64,000 nt of DNA from Paramecium tetraurelia (lineage: Eukaryota): assembly GCA_000165425.1 (NCBI GenBank), contig CT868654.1, positions 62,001 through 126,000 of the forward strand. The letters run 5' to 3'. Shown piece by piece: positions 54,541 through 64,000 of the stretch. The translations under genes were made by a program, and so were the position numbers. Positions within the stretch are counted from its first letter, which is position 1; every line of letters begins with the position of its first letter. Below the pieces are notes generated by a model. The model made no database searches and was not told where the DNA came from. It saw only the letters and a program-made list of their open reading frames with translations.

Positions 54541-56151
54541 ATGAAGAGTTGTGATTTATGCAAAATTGGTGCTCTTACAAAAATGAGTGAGTATTTGCAG
54601 GAGAAATACTTTGAAGCTTTTAATTTCTACTTTGCGAAGCCTATTAACGAAATCATAGCATAGATCCCTCACGCCCCGCATGTAATATATTTTAAGGATT
54701 ATGTAATCTTAGATGAGCGGATGGAATATTTGAAAAGGTATATGCTGTTGGTAATGTTATATTACAAGATTCTACAACTAAGAGGAAGTCAAACCACGCG
54801 TTGATATCCTTACAGACTTTTATACTCAGAATTACAAGCATTTACATCCAAATTTGTGTGTGATAGATGCTCATAAGATCATGAACAAGAGAAACAATAG
54901 ATATGACAAATTGTTTTATTAGAAGGATCGCGAATAAAGTCAATAACAAGTAATAAGTAGGCAAGTGTTGAATTCAAAATTGACAGAGAATATCAGTTTC
55001 GAAACCTAGGAACATGACATATATGAAGAAGGAACTCAAGAAACTAATAAGTAAGGTCTCGATTTTAGAGGGTTGCAGATTATCAAAAACCTTTAGCAAT
55101 TAAATCAATCAGAACAGTCAGATATCACAATCAAAGATTGCATAATACAAGTGAATCAATTATATGGAAAGCGCAAGAAGCAATCCACATATTCGAAGAG
55201 CATCAAGCAACGCAAATAAGCTGACAGCTCTAAAAGAGGTATAACAATGTCTATTATAGGGACTAATTCTAAAAGTGAATCTAAAATATTATCGACTATT
55301 AAGTAAAATAAGGAGGAACCTCTGGAATTGGGCAATGGGGTCGAATAATTCAATGATTTAGACGCTAAACCTAAGTTGACGAGAATGCAGAGTGATTCAT
55401 AAATGATATAGAGAATGCTTAAGGAATATCAGAAAATGAAACAATTGAGAAGCACGGTCTCCTCCGATTTACTGCCTATGAGTACTTCTGTTCAAGGATT
55501 TTAAGGTTAATAAAAAAGTATTAGATAAGATCATAATAATAATAATGGGAGTATGCATAGTAGTACCTCAACAAAACAAGAAGCATTAAAAAAAGTATAT
55601 TAACCTTTTCCCAAGAAAATTACAACTTCTTAGATTGATAGAATTGCCAAGGGAGGTTGTTTGACTGATCGATCTTACAAAAGACCTCCTCCAATTTCTG
55701 AGGATCTGATGCTGAAGATTCATGATTAAATGAAGGGGTTGAACACTGTGGAAAGTAAATAGAAAGTTGAATTTAAATATATGATCCCATCATAGTATAA
55801 TTCATAATAAAATCAAAAATTAGTGAGTACCAAAGCTAAATCATCCCATTCCAAAAAAATAATCAGTGAGTTGGGCACTAAATCATAACAAATCAATAAA
55901 TATACCACTTAGAAGGCAGATGAAATTGTTAAGAAATACATCTAATTTGCTCAATAAACAATGAAGAAAAAGTTTGATTTCAAATTAAACCTATAAGGAT
56001 TAAACGAGGAACCTTAAGAGGAGGAAGTTTGTAATATATATATTAAATAATCACTTAAGACAGCAAGCGAAAAAATTTTTATACCGAAAGACACAGTCAA
56101 GTCTAAGATAGAGAATAATTCAATTCTCATCGAAAAATCTTATAAAAATGA
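54541..56151 (+). CDS. Ciliate-type hypothetical protein
   Basis: N-terminal INEII...IYFKD...DERMEYLKRFY...PRVDILTDFY block; short introns; end approximate. Confidence 0.65.
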
Positions 56152-56294
56152 GAATTATTTAAATTATTATAAATTTAATCTGAGTCATTTTTAGTCCAAA
56201 TTTAAACTCATTATTCATTAATTAAACTTAAATTTTCAAAATATTCAATAATCAGTCCAAATAGTTCTTAATATAATTCTATCCTCAATAAATT

Positions 56295-63685
<7,391 letters not shown>

Positions 63686-63720
63686 ATTATATAATTATAT
63701 ATATATAATATTTTATTTTT

Positions 63721-64000
63721 ATGAAAAACGTGAACAAATTTGTGTTATTGTCATTTCTTGTGATGATAAACTATGCATTGGAGGATGTTGATATGAAATA
63801 ATAAATTGAATAACTTGATCAAAACAGATTTGGTCACACTCTTCTTGATACAATTTACTTATAATTGTAAACCTAAGAACCGATTGAAAGATTAATGGGA
63901 ACTTTACAATAAATAGAGGATAGATATTATTAGGATTAGAAAGAAGAGGATGTTTCACATAAGGACTATCAAGACTCCTGCACTGTGGTATTGTCTCTAA
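63721..64000 (+). CDS. Trichocyst matrix protein precursor, 3'-truncated by window edge
   Basis: Signal peptide then QLDQNRFGHTLLDTIYLQLQTQEPIERLMGTLQQIEDRYYQDQKEEDVSHKDYQDSC, a typical TMP/GRL N-terminal pattern. Confidence 0.8.

Overview
AT-rich, very gene-dense eukaryotic DNA from a ciliate macronuclear chromosome, almost certainly Paramecium. Conserved proteins read through TAA/TAG as Gln, only TGA terminates, and introns are tiny (about 21-32 nt, GT...AG). A trichocyst matrix protein and a Paramecium-type Cys-rich surface protein are present. The supplied standard-code ORF track therefore shows only fragments. I retranslated by eye with the ciliate code; boundaries of the hypothetical genes are approximate. 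About 33 genes: MDH, CHAP/Gsp-amidase, degenerate carbonic anhydrase, Vti1-like SNARE, WD40 protein, polo-like kinase, ATG12-like Ubl, PIH1D2, three Ser/Thr kinases, DECR2, NAP1, HSBP1, GCP3, surface-antigen-like protein, BEACH protein, TMP and many ciliate-specific hypotheticals, plus decayed pseudogene remnants. Most notable: an intronless 111-codon gene (29047-29382, minus) invisible to the ORF track, whose C-terminal 70 aa resemble lactococcin 972-family bacteriocins but which is written in the host ciliate code. Also notable: a divergent ATG12-like protein with terminal Gly, a PTS2 signal on a cytosolic-type MDH, a standalone CHAP amidase and a zinc-ligand-less carbonic anhydrase. No rRNA, tRNA, CRISPR, transposon or telomeric repeat was recognised. 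Family assignments come from recalled motifs, not from database searches.
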